Of a stretch of 64,000 nucleotides of DNA, positions 38,781-50,240 are shown piece after piece (position 1 is the first letter of the stretch; each line of letters starts with the position of its first letter). The DNA is from Marsupella aquatica (taxonomy: Eukaryota; Plantae; Marchantiophyta). The stretch covers positions 10,278,379 through 10,342,378 of the forward strand of contig OZ316894.1 in the NCBI GenBank assembly GCA_973895155.1, read 5' to 3'. A program made the translations under genes and the position numbers. The notes beneath the pieces were generated by a model that was given only the letters and a program-made list of their open reading frames with translations, did not search any database and was not told the DNA's origin.

Positions 38781-40411
38781 ACTGCCAGACTGGTTGGGTT
38801 TCTCTACTGCCGGCCTCTGTTCTAGTACCTCCGCTGGTGGCCTTGCCTGTAGGGGAAGTACTGGGGCAAAGATTTGACTCTAAGCATACCAGCACAACAA
38901 CAGCATGTGATAGCCAAGCCAGGACTCGCTTCCCTGGCCGATCACCTATTGTTCCTCCTTCAAGATCTTCTTTAGTTGGGTGAGGAGGTACCCGTTGTAG
39001 TCCCGGCTTGGGTCTGGCCTCTCCGCTAGGTAGACCTATGCCTTGCCGATCTCTGGCCTCGGCAAGTTGCAATGCATGGTTACCCGCAAGAAATTGATCA
39101 TCTCACCAATGTGCAAGTTGGTGCAAGTGGTCCAAAACAAGCCGTTCTTGGTTGATGGCCCTGGAAACGATCTGAACTCCTTGTCTGGCAAGGTCTTCCG
39201 AGTATCTACTTTGGTCTTATTGCCCATCGGCAAGCCAAACACTTCGGCAATCACCTGGGGAGTGAGATAAAAATCCTTCCCATACACCCTTGTGGAATGT
39301 GTCTCGGAATCCCATGATCCCATGAATTCTAATAAGTCAGAATCCGGCACCTCAGGCTTCAGCCATGGTAATTTCACGAAGGCTTACAAGCCGGATCCGG
39401 CCATGAAGCCCTGGTACTTCCAAGTTTGCATAGCCGTAAAGCATGCATCCTCCTCTCGTGTAAAGTATAATTGCACTTCCTCTGGGAGGGTCGACGCCTG
39501 GGCAGCCCCTCCAGGTGTGTTCCCTCATTGGAACGACATTGATTGGGTTGACCTCCTCCTCTTTGGCTTCCCCTTGCCTCCTCCTCCCTTGCTCGGCTAG
39601 CTTCCTTGGTGCCGCCAACCTCGTTCTCTTTGCGGGGGTGGCCTCTTTGTTGTTGGACCCTTTCCTCTTCATGGCGGCTATTGTGGAAATTTTTCCGAGC
39701 ACGGTTGCCTTTGTCCACACCTCCGTGCTACCCTTCAACTCCCAGTGTATGTCGTTGCAGCGGTTGATGGCTTCCCGGATGCCGACAATTCTATTCTCAT
39801 AGAACAAAAGTCGTCGAGCTGATTGGCAGTAGGAGTCCACAAGAACTTGGCCTTGATAAGTTCTCCTCCTAGGAAGGCAGACTTCTGCAGTTCCCACAGT
39901 TGAGCGAGCTCCTGTCGTTCTCGAGCTGCCCTTTCTGATTCTTCGTCCTTATAGGTCCCAATGTACTCAGTTGCCCGTTTGAACAGGCATCCCCAAAAAT
40001 GAGCAGCTTGATTGATGTTGCTCATGCCCTCCTTTGAGTTAATTGATAGTCGATATCTGCTCCCACCCAGAGTGTTTGCCTAAGCAGCTGACAGTAGTTG
40101 GCTTCTCGTAATCGTCTACTTGGTTTGTGCTCGCAAATGAGCCGCCATTCCTTGTGATCGGTCCTTAGCCCCAGCCCCCCTTGCCTGGTCTTCCTTCCCA
40201 TTGATTATCCATAGCGGTCGGCACTTAGCGCGCCCTAACCCTAATTGTGTTCCCTACCATGGCATCCTTACTTCCGGCCTCGGCTCGGGTTCCATAGTCA
40301 TCCTTAATTGTTTATACTTTCCTTGTTTTGTTACTATACTAATGTGTTTTCAGGGTACACTCCCGGTTCTACTACATGAACTGGCCTAGTGATTCTTGGC
40401 TAGGCATCACA

Positions 40412-43400
40412 GCTAACATGGATCCAGTTCTGCAGCAAAGATTGATAACCCAGTCATTTTCTCGGAGAAATGAGTAACAAACCAAGCACCCAAACCAACA
40501 GGCTTTTGATACGAGTTCACAACATAGCCTAACGGATCAACAAACTTCTTGGTTACACATGGAACCTTGATGATATTGATGCAAGACTCATCCGGTTGGA
40601 AATTGTACATGTTCATGTTCCGGATGTCTTCCTCGCTGTATACCAATTGAGCACCGATGGGACACTCATGAATATTGGTCTTCTCCCAAATTCCAGACTC
40701 AACCCCACAGTTGCACACAGTCTCGAGCGCAAACATGACCATATTTGTTTGTTGTAATGAATGGATCACAACAAACTTCCACTGCTTAGCAGCTGTCATG
40801 TTCAAAAAACTTCTCACCATATCTACAACGTCCTTTTCCGTGAAGGACACTTCATCAAACGCCGAACCAGGCGCATTAAAACCATACAAAATGTCGACAA
40901 CGGCAAGAGTGTAAGGTTTTGCCTCCACAAAAGAACCCAAAATTTGAACATCCCCAACATGGAGATAGTAAGGGAAAGAATCTCCGTCAGCATTTTTCCA
41001 TATTTGCACCGCGGCTTCTCGCGCATCCTCACCTAGCGCCTAGAGCCGATTGTACCTATCAATTACAGCAAGCACAAAATTCTTGAATACATACGGGATG
41101 TCAATGGAGGGAACAATAACCTCCCTTGCCAAATTATATTGCACAGGCAGAACAACTTTATTTTTTCGCTTCGACCCAATCTTCAACTGTAATAAAGGTT
41201 GCACATAATTCCAATTAGAATGAAATTGCTTAACGAATACAAAAGCCGATAAATCTCGGGATGATTTTTGAATGGAACAAGTTATGCAAAAATGTACTGA
41301 TGGAATGGCAAGGTCGATAAAAATCTTGCGATGATTTTTGAATGGAACGAGGAATGCAAAAATCTACTAATGGAATGGCAAGGCCGATAAAAATCTTGGG
41401 GAGAGACGGGTGCTTACCGCTTCGCTCAACTTCTCTGCCCATGTTCCCAGGACGGAAACATCCGTCTCATTTGGAAACATTTCTCTGCACGTTGCCCAGT
41501 TGGGCTGCCCAGATATCTGCAAAAATAATTTCTTCACCTTGGAAAGTTTTTTTAGCTTTCCCTTCCTTGTGCATTTGATCCAAGGTGATCACTTTCCCAA
41601 TGATCCTATTCAAGAGCCGCTTAACATGCTCCTTAGTTGACTGTCCTTGAAGACCTTGAAAAGTATTTAAATTGAGGTCACCTGCAAGTTTATTCATTTT
41701 AATCTCTTTCAACTTTAAAGGTTTAACCTTTCCCTTTGCATTTGTTGTTGCCAAGATTTTTTGGGTTGTCCCAAGACAGTCCCCTTCTCCCACATCTAGA
41801 AAATTTTCTCCTGAAGATCCCAAATTTCACCCGTTCAAAAAGCAATTTGGAACATTGGGTCATGTTTGGCCATGCTGTCACAAACACCGGGAGTGTATTC
41901 CAACATACATTCTTGACAACAAGCTTTGCAAACATCCTTGTTTGATCCTACATCCATTTCAACAAAGATATTGTGGCACGCATGAACTCTGTCAATATGA
42001 GTCATGATCTTCCTATACTCCTGGTCATAATTGTGCTAGAAGCCCAACTTCTGGACCTCCGACTTGGTAAGTCCTACGTATACCCAAGCTTCCAACTCAC
42101 CATAAACCTGCTTCCCATACATTTTATACAACTTGGCCTTGGCCCGAGCACCATGATTTCCTCCAATAATTCTATACTTCCATACTCTGGACTTTAGAAT
42201 GTCCCAATCCTTGATTGTGGGACAATCCTCTGGATCCACACACAGCACAAGCGGTGCGCTGAAGTTAGTGGGGTTCTTCCTTAGAAGAATCTTGATATTC
42301 TCCACATGCAATTTGTCCATTGGTCTGATCAAAGTTGACTTCTCTCTAGCTTCATCAAAAATTAAATTGTCAACATGCAAAGAGGACAGTTGTCCTTTGA
42401 ACCCTTCGCTGACGCATCAGCAGACTGAGCTCTGCTTTGATGGCGTCAGCCTCATACATTGAAAGAGTAGTCTCCTCCTCTTCATCATTCTAGAAAACAC
42501 CGTTTGAAATTAGATTACGAAAGAAACAGCGAGATTTTTATCGGAATCCTCTTTCGTCAATAGAAAATCAAAGTTTGGTAATACTTACCGATCGAACCTA
42601 GCCTCGGCTTGTATATCTGATGAGGCAAACGCTCGTCAATCACCGGAGGCTCCATATCAATCAAGGCTTCCACTCCTTCCGAGGCTATGGATAACTCCAG
42701 CCTGTTCTCTTCCTCTTAACGCTGACTCCAAAACCAGATGGCCCCGATCCCTCAGATCCTCTACTCTTGCTTACATTTATGTAAGGCGCTTCCAAAATGC
42801 CTAAACTTGCACCGGTTGCACGACCTCGACGATTGCCACTGCCCCTTCTCCCACCCTTGGAGGGACCAGCAACATCTTCCCTGGTGTTCCCTCTCCCTCT
42901 CCCTTTCCCTTGCCACTTCCCTTCCCCAAACCACTTTTGGGCTCGTCCAAAGCAGTACCTCCAGCGCTTTTTGCCAACGAAGCTCCACTCCCGTTTGAAC
43001 CAGGCCTCTTAATAACTATTTTCCGGATGGGTTTGAATTCTTCACCAGTGAGCCTCTTGTACTCTGCGTTCACCCTTGGTAGCATGATGAGATCACAATC
43101 TTGGACAAACTGGCACACCCAAGTTTGGCCCATAAGATTCATTACTTTTGCTGACCTAACTTCCGCGACAAGCGCATCTTCAGGGTAACTCTCAAGGGAT
43201 TTCTCAAGAAAGTTCTCCATGGTGACAATGATAGAGGTGAATCCCTTGCGTCCACACATTGTCAAGAAACTCAGACCCTCTTCAACACTTTAAATTTGCC
43301 TCTCCTTGGCTAATCAAGTACTCACAGATTGCCACACCAACTACGGGGCCAAACGAGAGAGTAACCTTTGCGGATTTTTGCATCTGGACCCAAAGGATAG

Positions 43401-43590
43401 GAGACTCACAGTCTGTCATATCCTTGGACTGTAACCTGGCGTCCCGGAAGTACCACGGTTTCTTGATGAACTTGACCTCTTCACAAATGTCTTCACTTGT
43501 CCAAATCACGTCTGTGAGGATTGTCATGAGATTTTCAGCCTCGGCAGATCCACTCTTTCCACTAGGACCCATGATGACAAAGTCTGCAAA
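40412..43590 (-). pseudogene. Multi-exon Cys/His motif - ParB-like - helical - N6/N4 (beta-class) DNA methyltransferase gene, 3'-truncated by LTR insertion
   Basis: ParB-like: LIRPMDKLHVENIKILLRKNP...PLVLCVD...YRIIGGNHGARA. MTase: LAVVDILYG (DPPY-like motif IV), NSYQKPVGLGAWFVTHFSEK, and after a frameshift NDWVINLCCRTGSMLA (motif I, FxGxG-like). Intron at ~42491-42588. Confidence 0.75.
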
Positions 43591-43598
43591 TCTGAATG

Positions 43599-43895
43599 CT
43601 CGGGGGTCTCACTATATGGGGACCTCCCCATCGCCTGCGACGTTTTTAGGCCTCAGACCCCCTAAAATGTAAGAAAAAAATGTTATTTTTTAACCCCTAT
43701 AAAGTTAGAATATTCTTGGAATATTCTAAAAATTGGATTAAAAAGACCCTAATGTTCTTATAAGTCTCAAAATTGAATTTAAAAGACCCTATTGTTCTTC
43801 TACAAAAATTCTTAAGTCTTCCCTTAGAACCAATAAAATGACCCTATCCTTCGTCGCACATGATGTGCCATTTTTGTGGAAGTGAAACCCCCGAG
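43599..43895 (-). mobile_element. MITE family A, copy 2, 8-bp TSD TCTGAATG
   Basis: TSD at 43591-43598 and 43896-43903; reverse complement of 33091-33388. Confidence 0.9.
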
Positions 43896-44464
43896 TCTGA
43901 ATGCAAGGAGCAATAAATTTATTGCTTTGACAAACCAAAGAACCAAAAACCACCAATAGCGGAAACACAACACAAGGACAAGTCACTCGCATGCAAACAT
44001 CAATACAACTTAGAAAGTGCTCATTCACGTACAAGCATTAGGTCATTCCATGAGTGATACCAACTCCGATAAAATTATTGCAAAAACACTAATTTGAACA
44101 ATAGTGTAATCTTTTATTTCCACAATTTCCCAAATGCTTTTTAAAATATCTTTATTTGATTATTATATATTATTATATTATTTATGACAATAATTTTCAG
44201 TCTTCTATAATTAATTTAAATTATATAAACCTACATACAAAAACAAATTGTTACTAATAATTATAAATGAAAGACACAAATATAATATAGTTCAAATTGA
44301 ATAACAAAATTTACTCAAAATAAAAGAGTATTTAACAATAAAAAATAGAGGCCAATCAAAATATTGCATGTGAGAACAATAATATTGTATTATATAAAAA
44401 AAATGTTACATCATTTGGCTTCTTACTCATATCTACTCCTATTTAAATGTATATCTATTACTAT

Positions 44465-45175
44465 CTATGCTATATTTAAAATTTCTGATTTATAATTATA
44501 ATCACTAAATTTTGTTACATGATCTATGTTTCCTTTCCTTTGAAACACCTGGCAAGATTTCCATTTTTCACTATTTTCTTCCCAAGTCAAAGCTAAAGAT
44601 TCTTGCGACCAATCTGGATAATAATCTTCAACATAGTTCCATGAAGTATCAAACTCGCAAATTCTAGAAAGAAAAGGAATGAGTTGATTTCTTAAAAACA
44701 TATCATTTTCATCTCCATGATATGAAAGTGGATATAAAGATGACCAGAAAGGATTGCAGAATGTATTAATTGGGGAATCTAGAAGGGTCACATTTTCACG
44801 GATTAGATGAGGCATTTTACTAAAAACAGTTTGAACTAGTTTCAAATACACAAACTCGTGATTTGAATCAAGACCAATTCGTGATAATTTTTCTTTCCAA
44901 AATGAAAACTTGAGGGCACGTCTTTCACCATCGCTAAGTAATTGTGCCATGTATTTTGTCAGTATTTTTTTTGACATAAGTGACCAAATTCCAACATCAA
45001 AATTCTTCAAACAAAATTGAATGAACTCGTTGAAAAATGGCCTGAGACATAGAGTAACATTCTCCACGGTAACGCATCTTGCGTTGTCGCTCTTCTTTGA
45101 TAACTCACAAGGACAATAAAGAAATGCATCCATATCAAGAACAAGTAATCTGGTCGCTTTAAACAATTTCACCAC
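44465..45175 (-). CDS. FCP1/NIF-family HAD phosphatase-like domain (terminal exon)
   Basis: RLLVLDMDAFL...LRPFFNEFIQFCLKNFDVGIWS...YLKLV...ENVTLLDSP; CAG acceptor immediately 5' (45176-45178). Confidence 0.8.
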   Translation of the reverse strand: MVKLFKATRLLVLDMDAFLYCPCELSKKSDNARCVTVENVTLCLRPFFNEFIQFCLKNFDVGIWSLMSKKILTKYMAQLLSDGERRALKFSFWKEKLSRIGLDSNHEFVYLKLVQTVFSKMPHLIRENVTLLDSPINTFCNPFWSSLYPLSYHGDENDMFLRNQLIPFLSRICEFDTSWNYVEDYYPDWSQESLALTWEENSEKWKSCQVFQRKGNIDHVTKFSDYNYKSEILNIA

Positions 45176-45310
45176 CTGTTGAATCCAATAAAAAAAATCA
45201 ATAAAATGAAATTAGCATGTAGAAATATGTACACTATTAAATTTATTAATCATTTAAAATTGTATGGTCATGGAAATTCCAATGTAACAAAGTAATCTGG
45301 CATATTTATA

Positions 45311-45995
45311 CTAATTTAATCTCTTCTGCATCAATCGAAGAACTACCTCTCGTCTACTTTCATTTAGACTACTCCAATTCAATAGATATGGTATTCCAAA
45401 ACTTTCGCAATGAGCGAACATGATCACAAACATTCCACAATTATAGGAATCTACTTGTCTTGGAATGTCTTTTGGAAATGATAGGTTCCAAATATTCATG
45501 TCAACAGGTGGAAGTTTTTTATCCTTGGCTTCGTCTATGAGATACTTTGACAAATTGTCAAGTACCTCTGAATTTTCATCATGTAATGAATCCAAATATT
45601 TTAAATTTTTGTTTTTGAAGTCAATTACAACTAAACTCCAATGCGCACTTTGGTGAATTGGTACAAAAACCTTTTCACAATCAAAAATGGTATATCCAAA
45701 TCTGTTGGACCATCTTGAAATGCTCGAATTGTAACAATATCCAGTATTTGTAAGTTTACCGTAAAACCACGTATTGTGAAAATGACATCTCATAGATGCT
45801 TCTCTTTCTTTCAATAAAGTGAAATATCCGTTAATGATCTCTAAAACAAGCCAGGATCCGGGTCCAAGAGATTTCATAATGTTACGAGTAATGTCGACCT
45901 CATTGATGGTAGTCAAAACCTCTTCACCATCCAAAGATGTACTTAGGCATTTGTCTATCAACAACTCGCTACACTCAGATAATATCACAGCCTCT
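45311..45995 (-). CDS. ULP1/SENP-family (C48) SUMO protease domain
   Basis: SLGPGSWLVLEIINGYF, HFHNTWFYGKL, VFVPIHQSAHWSLVVID, YLDSL, PRQVDSYNCGMFV; His-Asp-Gln-Cys catalytic residues present. Confidence 0.9.
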
Positions 45996-46083
45996 CTGCA
46001 AAATCAAATTATATTTTAGCGACTCACTTATTTCAAAACAGTTAACACCAAGGAAATGTTCACTAATATCAACAAGATCTTAC

Positions 46084-48608
46084 CTTGGGAACTCGTGATC
46101 TAGATGGTTCAGTCCTCGAGTTTATCACTTTTAAATCTGAAGTAGAGAGAATATCTTTTGAAGTCCATTCCACACCGCTATCCACTCCCTTGACACTTGG
46201 GGACTGTTCCGCCGCTCAAAACCCAGCACGAGTTCCTTCTTGACAGGCAAAGGTATAACCGGCTCCAAGAGTTTCTGTTTCTTCAAGCGCCGGCCCCCAA
46301 AAGGAAGACGTAACTCTCTCAATGTATCCGCACACTGCGTGTCTGTAGCAATTTCCAAGTCGGGATTATCCACCAACAATTCTTGATGATTATCTCCAGA
46401 ATAAGGTAGGTCTTCTCTCTCATCCCAAGTACTTTCTGACCCCAAAATTTGTGCCCCCAATCTACCTTTTCCCTTATCTTTTCTTTCCTTCAGTGTCTTA
46501 AATCTATCCTGTTTTTCCTTTTTCTCCACTTCACATCTCTCACTCTCTTTTCTCTCCTCCTCGGCACTCTCTCGCTCCTTTCTCTCCCGATCGGCCCTCT
46601 CCCCCTCCTCTCTCTCTTTTCTCTCCTGACCTTCCCTTTCCTTTCTCTCCCGCTCGGCCCTCTCCCCGTCCTCTCTCTCTTTTCTCTCCTGCTCTTCCCG
46701 CTCGGCCCTCTCCTCCTCGGCCCTCTCTCCCTCCTCTCTTTCCCTCTCTCGCTCCTCTTCTTTCTTGATTCTCTCCGGCTCTTTTCTCTCTTTTCTCTCC
46801 TCCTCGGCCCTCTCACTCTCCTCTGTTTTCTCTCCTGCTCTTCCCTCTCCTTTCTCTCCCGCTCGGCCATCTCCCCGTCCTCTCTCTCTTTTCTCTCCTG
46901 CTCTTCCCTCTCTTTTCTCTCCCGCTCGGCCCTCTCCTCCCCGGCCCTCTCTCCCTCCTCTCTTTCCCTCTCTCGCTCCTCTTCTTTCTTGATTCTCTCC
47001 TGCTCTTTTCTCTCTTTTCTCTCATTCTCTTCTTGTTCTCTCTTCCTCTTTTCTTTATTCCTCTCTTCCTCCTCCTCCTCCTCCTCCTCTCTCTCCCTCT
47101 CTTCTTTCTTCTCCTCCTCTTCTGTATATTTCCCCTTCTGTTTCTTTTGTTCTCCCTGCTTGTCTTTCCTGTCTCCCCCTTCTTTCTCTTTCTTATCCCC
47201 CGATTCTTTCTCTTTCTTGTCGAAATCCTCTCTCTCCTGCTCCTCCTCCTTGTCCTTTTCCTTTTCCTCCTGCTCGTCCTCCTTCTCCTCCTCCTTCTTG
47301 TCTTTCTCTTGCTCCTCCTCCTTCTCCTCCTTTTCCTTTTCCTCCTTCTCCTTGTCTTTTTCCTGCTCCTCCTCCTTCTCCTTTTCCTCCTGCTCGTCCT
47401 CCTTCTCCTCCTCCTCCTGGTCTTTCGCTTGCTCCTCCTCCTTCTCCTCCTTTTCCTTTTCCTCTTGCTCATCCTCCTTCTCCTTTTCCTCCTGGTCTTT
47501 CGCTTGCTCGTCCTCTTTCTCCTCCTCCTCCTGGTCTTTCGCTTGCTCCTCCTCCTTCTCCTCCTTTTCCTTTTCCTCTTGCTCATCCTCCTTCTCCTTT
47601 TCCTCCTGGTCTTTCGCTTGCTCGTCCTCTTTCTCCTCCTCCTCCTGGTCTTTCGCTTGCTCCTCCTCCTGGTCTTTCGCTTGCTCCTCCTCCTTCTCCT
47701 CTTTTTCCTCCTGCTCCTCATCTTCGTCTTTCTCCTCGTTGTTGTTGTGCTCCTCATCTTGCTCCTCCTCCTTGTTGTCATGCTCTTTGTCTTCCTCCTC
47801 CTTCCTTTCTCTCTCTCTCGCTTTCTCATCTCTTTTCTTTTTTCGATCGTCTTCTTTATTTTTCCTCTGTCTTTTTTCTTTTTTCTTGCCCGCTGGTTTC
47901 TCTTTGTGAGAACTCTCTTCTTCCTCTTCCTCGCTCTCATTGGTAGATTTTCTCTCCTTTCCTTTCTTTCTCTGTCTCTTTCTCTTCTCCCTCTCTTCTG
48001 ACTTGCTTTCCTCCTCATCCCCTTCGTCTGTTTTCCCCTTTTTTTGGGAGTTACCTCCTCTGGATTTGCTTTTGTTCCGAGATCCTTCCTCACCTTCATC
48101 CTGCTTCCCTCGATTACGTGATCTTCTCGATTGGTTACGTCTCTTTTCCAAGGCAAGCTTTCTTTCCAGTTTTGACTTCGTTCTCCTCAACTCTTCAGCC
48201 TGCCGTTCTCTACTTTCAGAATTATCCGAGACATCGCCCTCTGAATCCTCCTCATCTGTCGGTGGCTTGGAAATTCATCCTCCCAATTTGGAGGGCTCTT
48301 GTCGCCTTCTCCGTCAGTTTCCTCCTCGCTAGCATGTCGGTCACATCTGCTTTTGCGCCGACGTTCATATTTCTGCCCCTTATCACCGTAATCATCATCC
48401 TCATCATCCTCGTCATTGGCATGATGATCTCCACCATCATCATTGTTCCCTTCACTATTGTTTTTCTCATCCGCATCACTTTGCATATCCTCCCCGTTAA
48501 CCTCCTTATCCGCTTCGGTATTGTCTTCATCCTCGCCTTTCTGATCATTTGATGGCTGTTGACGTGGACTCCGTAAATTCTTCCCTGAGCGTTTCTGCAA
48601 GTCTTTAC
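46084..48608 (-). repeat. Coding low-complexity E/K/D/R-rich tandem-repeat linker (EEQAKDQEEEEKEDEQ, EREREE units), frameshifted
   Basis: ORF 46490-48190 and flanking frames; polypyrimidine + strand; donor at ~46083 leads to the ULP1 exon. Confidence 0.75.
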
Positions 48609-48766
48609 CTGCAAAACAGAATGCAACAATTTATAGTCTGACGTCTTACTAAAATCAAACCTGCAATAATAAAAATGATGAAGAATAAAATCAGACTCGG
48701 CCGGAACACTGTCCCGCAAGCTCAAAGGTATCCAAGGAACACTCTCCCGTTACGGTTGAATTGCCT

Positions 48767-50240
48767 TCACGAACAATACCCGGCGGAACACTGTCCCAAG
48801 TTAGAACGGAGCAAAAGACAGTGAAAAACTGTACCTCCAAGCGGTCCCGATGGGAGGACTGAAGGCAAGGAATATAGAGCAAAGTCTTCCTCCTTTGTAT
48901 CTCTTTCTTCAAGACAATACTCCTTCAGAGTAGTCTCAATCTGCTCCGGGTTGAGGTGATAGTTCTCTTGGAGAAGGTCGGAGAGATCATCTCGAATTTT
49001 GAAGATAGACTTCCCCTTTGAAATTTTCCTCCGGAGCAACTTCTCTAGAGAGTCACGTTCGGGACATTTTGGCTCTTCGAACAACGGAAATAGAGTGTTG
49101 AAGTAAGTCGAAGTCAGATCATGACTCTCTAGAGCGCAATAGCTTGTCACACAAATAGAGTTCCCCTGGATGAAAAAACAAATTTCTCGGGAATTAGGAG
49201 ATGAATATATTCATAATCCTCAAAAGGTCAAAGAAACACTCCACGACTGGTTGTAGGAACTTACCATCAGTAATTCTATCATGCGTCGATTATCTCCAAA
49301 ACAAACGACCGAGTCTCCAGAAGACAGAAATAGCCTCACGAAACATTGAAAGAAGTTTGAGCTTTTTTCGTCGCTCCAACGCTCCACTTTCTCTTGTTCA
49401 TCAAAATTTGAGATCTTCCCTCGCAATGACCCTAACATAAAAGCCTCCTTGTCTTTGGAAGTAGTTGAATCTGCATACGCCTCATAAAAAAATGCGTAGA
49501 GTACATACTGGGTGATTCTCCCATCATTCTCCAATAAGCTCTCTTTGTCCCGCCTAACAGAACACTTCATAGTGTATTGGGTTGGGACGCATACATATCT
49601 CTTTGCTTGAGACATGCCTTTCATTACATCACATATCTCTAACGGATGGATCACAAGCACCACCTTGTGATTCAATGTTCCAATTGTTGCCGTTGATCGA
49701 AATAATCTCCGATAAAAATCGTGGTCATAAGGACCATACTCTGCTGTTCTAGTTGAATCAAAAAAGAAAAAGTCGACTTTTTTTCTTTGGGACGATTTCC
49801 CAAGACTTTCAAAAAATTGTTTCCCACCAAAACCATCAATTGATTCCAGATTCAAGAGCTCGTTCGGTTTGACAATGAGCAGATTACCATCTCAGTCCAC
49901 TGACCTCAAAATTGAGTCTGCAAGACTCTTGAATGACGCCGGAATTTTGTCGATCATCTCTCCCCATAATGTATTGTTCTGCCTCCCAATGTTGAACACT
50001 TTTTGAGGCAACAAGTCGCGTAACATTTTCATTCGCTCTTGATTGATGTGGAAAAATTCCTTGACCTCCTTTACCTTCTCCTTACGGTCACCTTTGCTGA
50101 GAATCCGGAACTGGTTAATGGTACACTTCTCAGTAAATTGGTACAGAAATACACATTCAAATATCCTCTTGTGCTTCTTTTCTATACAGAATTCCATCAG
50201 TGACCTCCACCCTTCCATAGCGACCGGATCGTAATTCTTG
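48767..50240 (-). pseudogene. Degenerate helical + N6/N4-MTase-like region (5' part missing), likely same gene as linker-ULP1-NIF
   Basis: KVDFFFFDST...YDHDFYRRLF...VVLVIH and WSDEKSSNFFQCFVRLFLSSGDSVVCFG match the (Q/E)KP..L...+..+S..GD.V+D block with catalytic motifs eroded. The upstream W...TINQFRIL helix resembles paralogs at ~61330-61450. Confidence 0.5.

Larger units (their letters stand above)
34306..40411 (-). mobile_element. Truncated ORF-bearing LTR remnant of a related retroelement family (interrupted by solo LTR 34709-38780)
   Basis: Starts TGTGATGCC at 40411 (-), exactly where the MTase frame breaks. Encodes LPWLKPEVPDSDLLEFMGSWDSETHSTRVYGKDFYLTPQVIAEVFGLPMG...NGLFWTTCTNL, homologous to the solo-LTR ORF (LLWRPSAVGPKEVYEVISNFDTDAAITKVSGQTLSLMEHRLAHIFCLPIG...NGYKQGSCTNL). 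Confidence 0.65.

Noticed and set aside
9689-43590. DUF262 gene plus MTase as a transferred restriction-modification operon
   Set aside because: They are >25 kb apart and separated by unrelated TEs. DUF262 looks like an intact host gene while the MTase is decayed TE cargo; proximity is probably chance.
33091-43895. 300-bp inverted repeats as TIRs of a 10.8-kb element carrying the MTase
   Set aside because: Each copy has its own internal TIRs and a different 8-bp TSD, so they are independent MITE insertions.
46449-48156. Long ORFs 46449-47909 (+), 47033-48001 (+) and 46813-48156 (-)
   Set aside because: Antisense or alternate-frame shadows of a stop-poor purine/pyrimidine-biased repeat (poly-S/F/L or poly-R).
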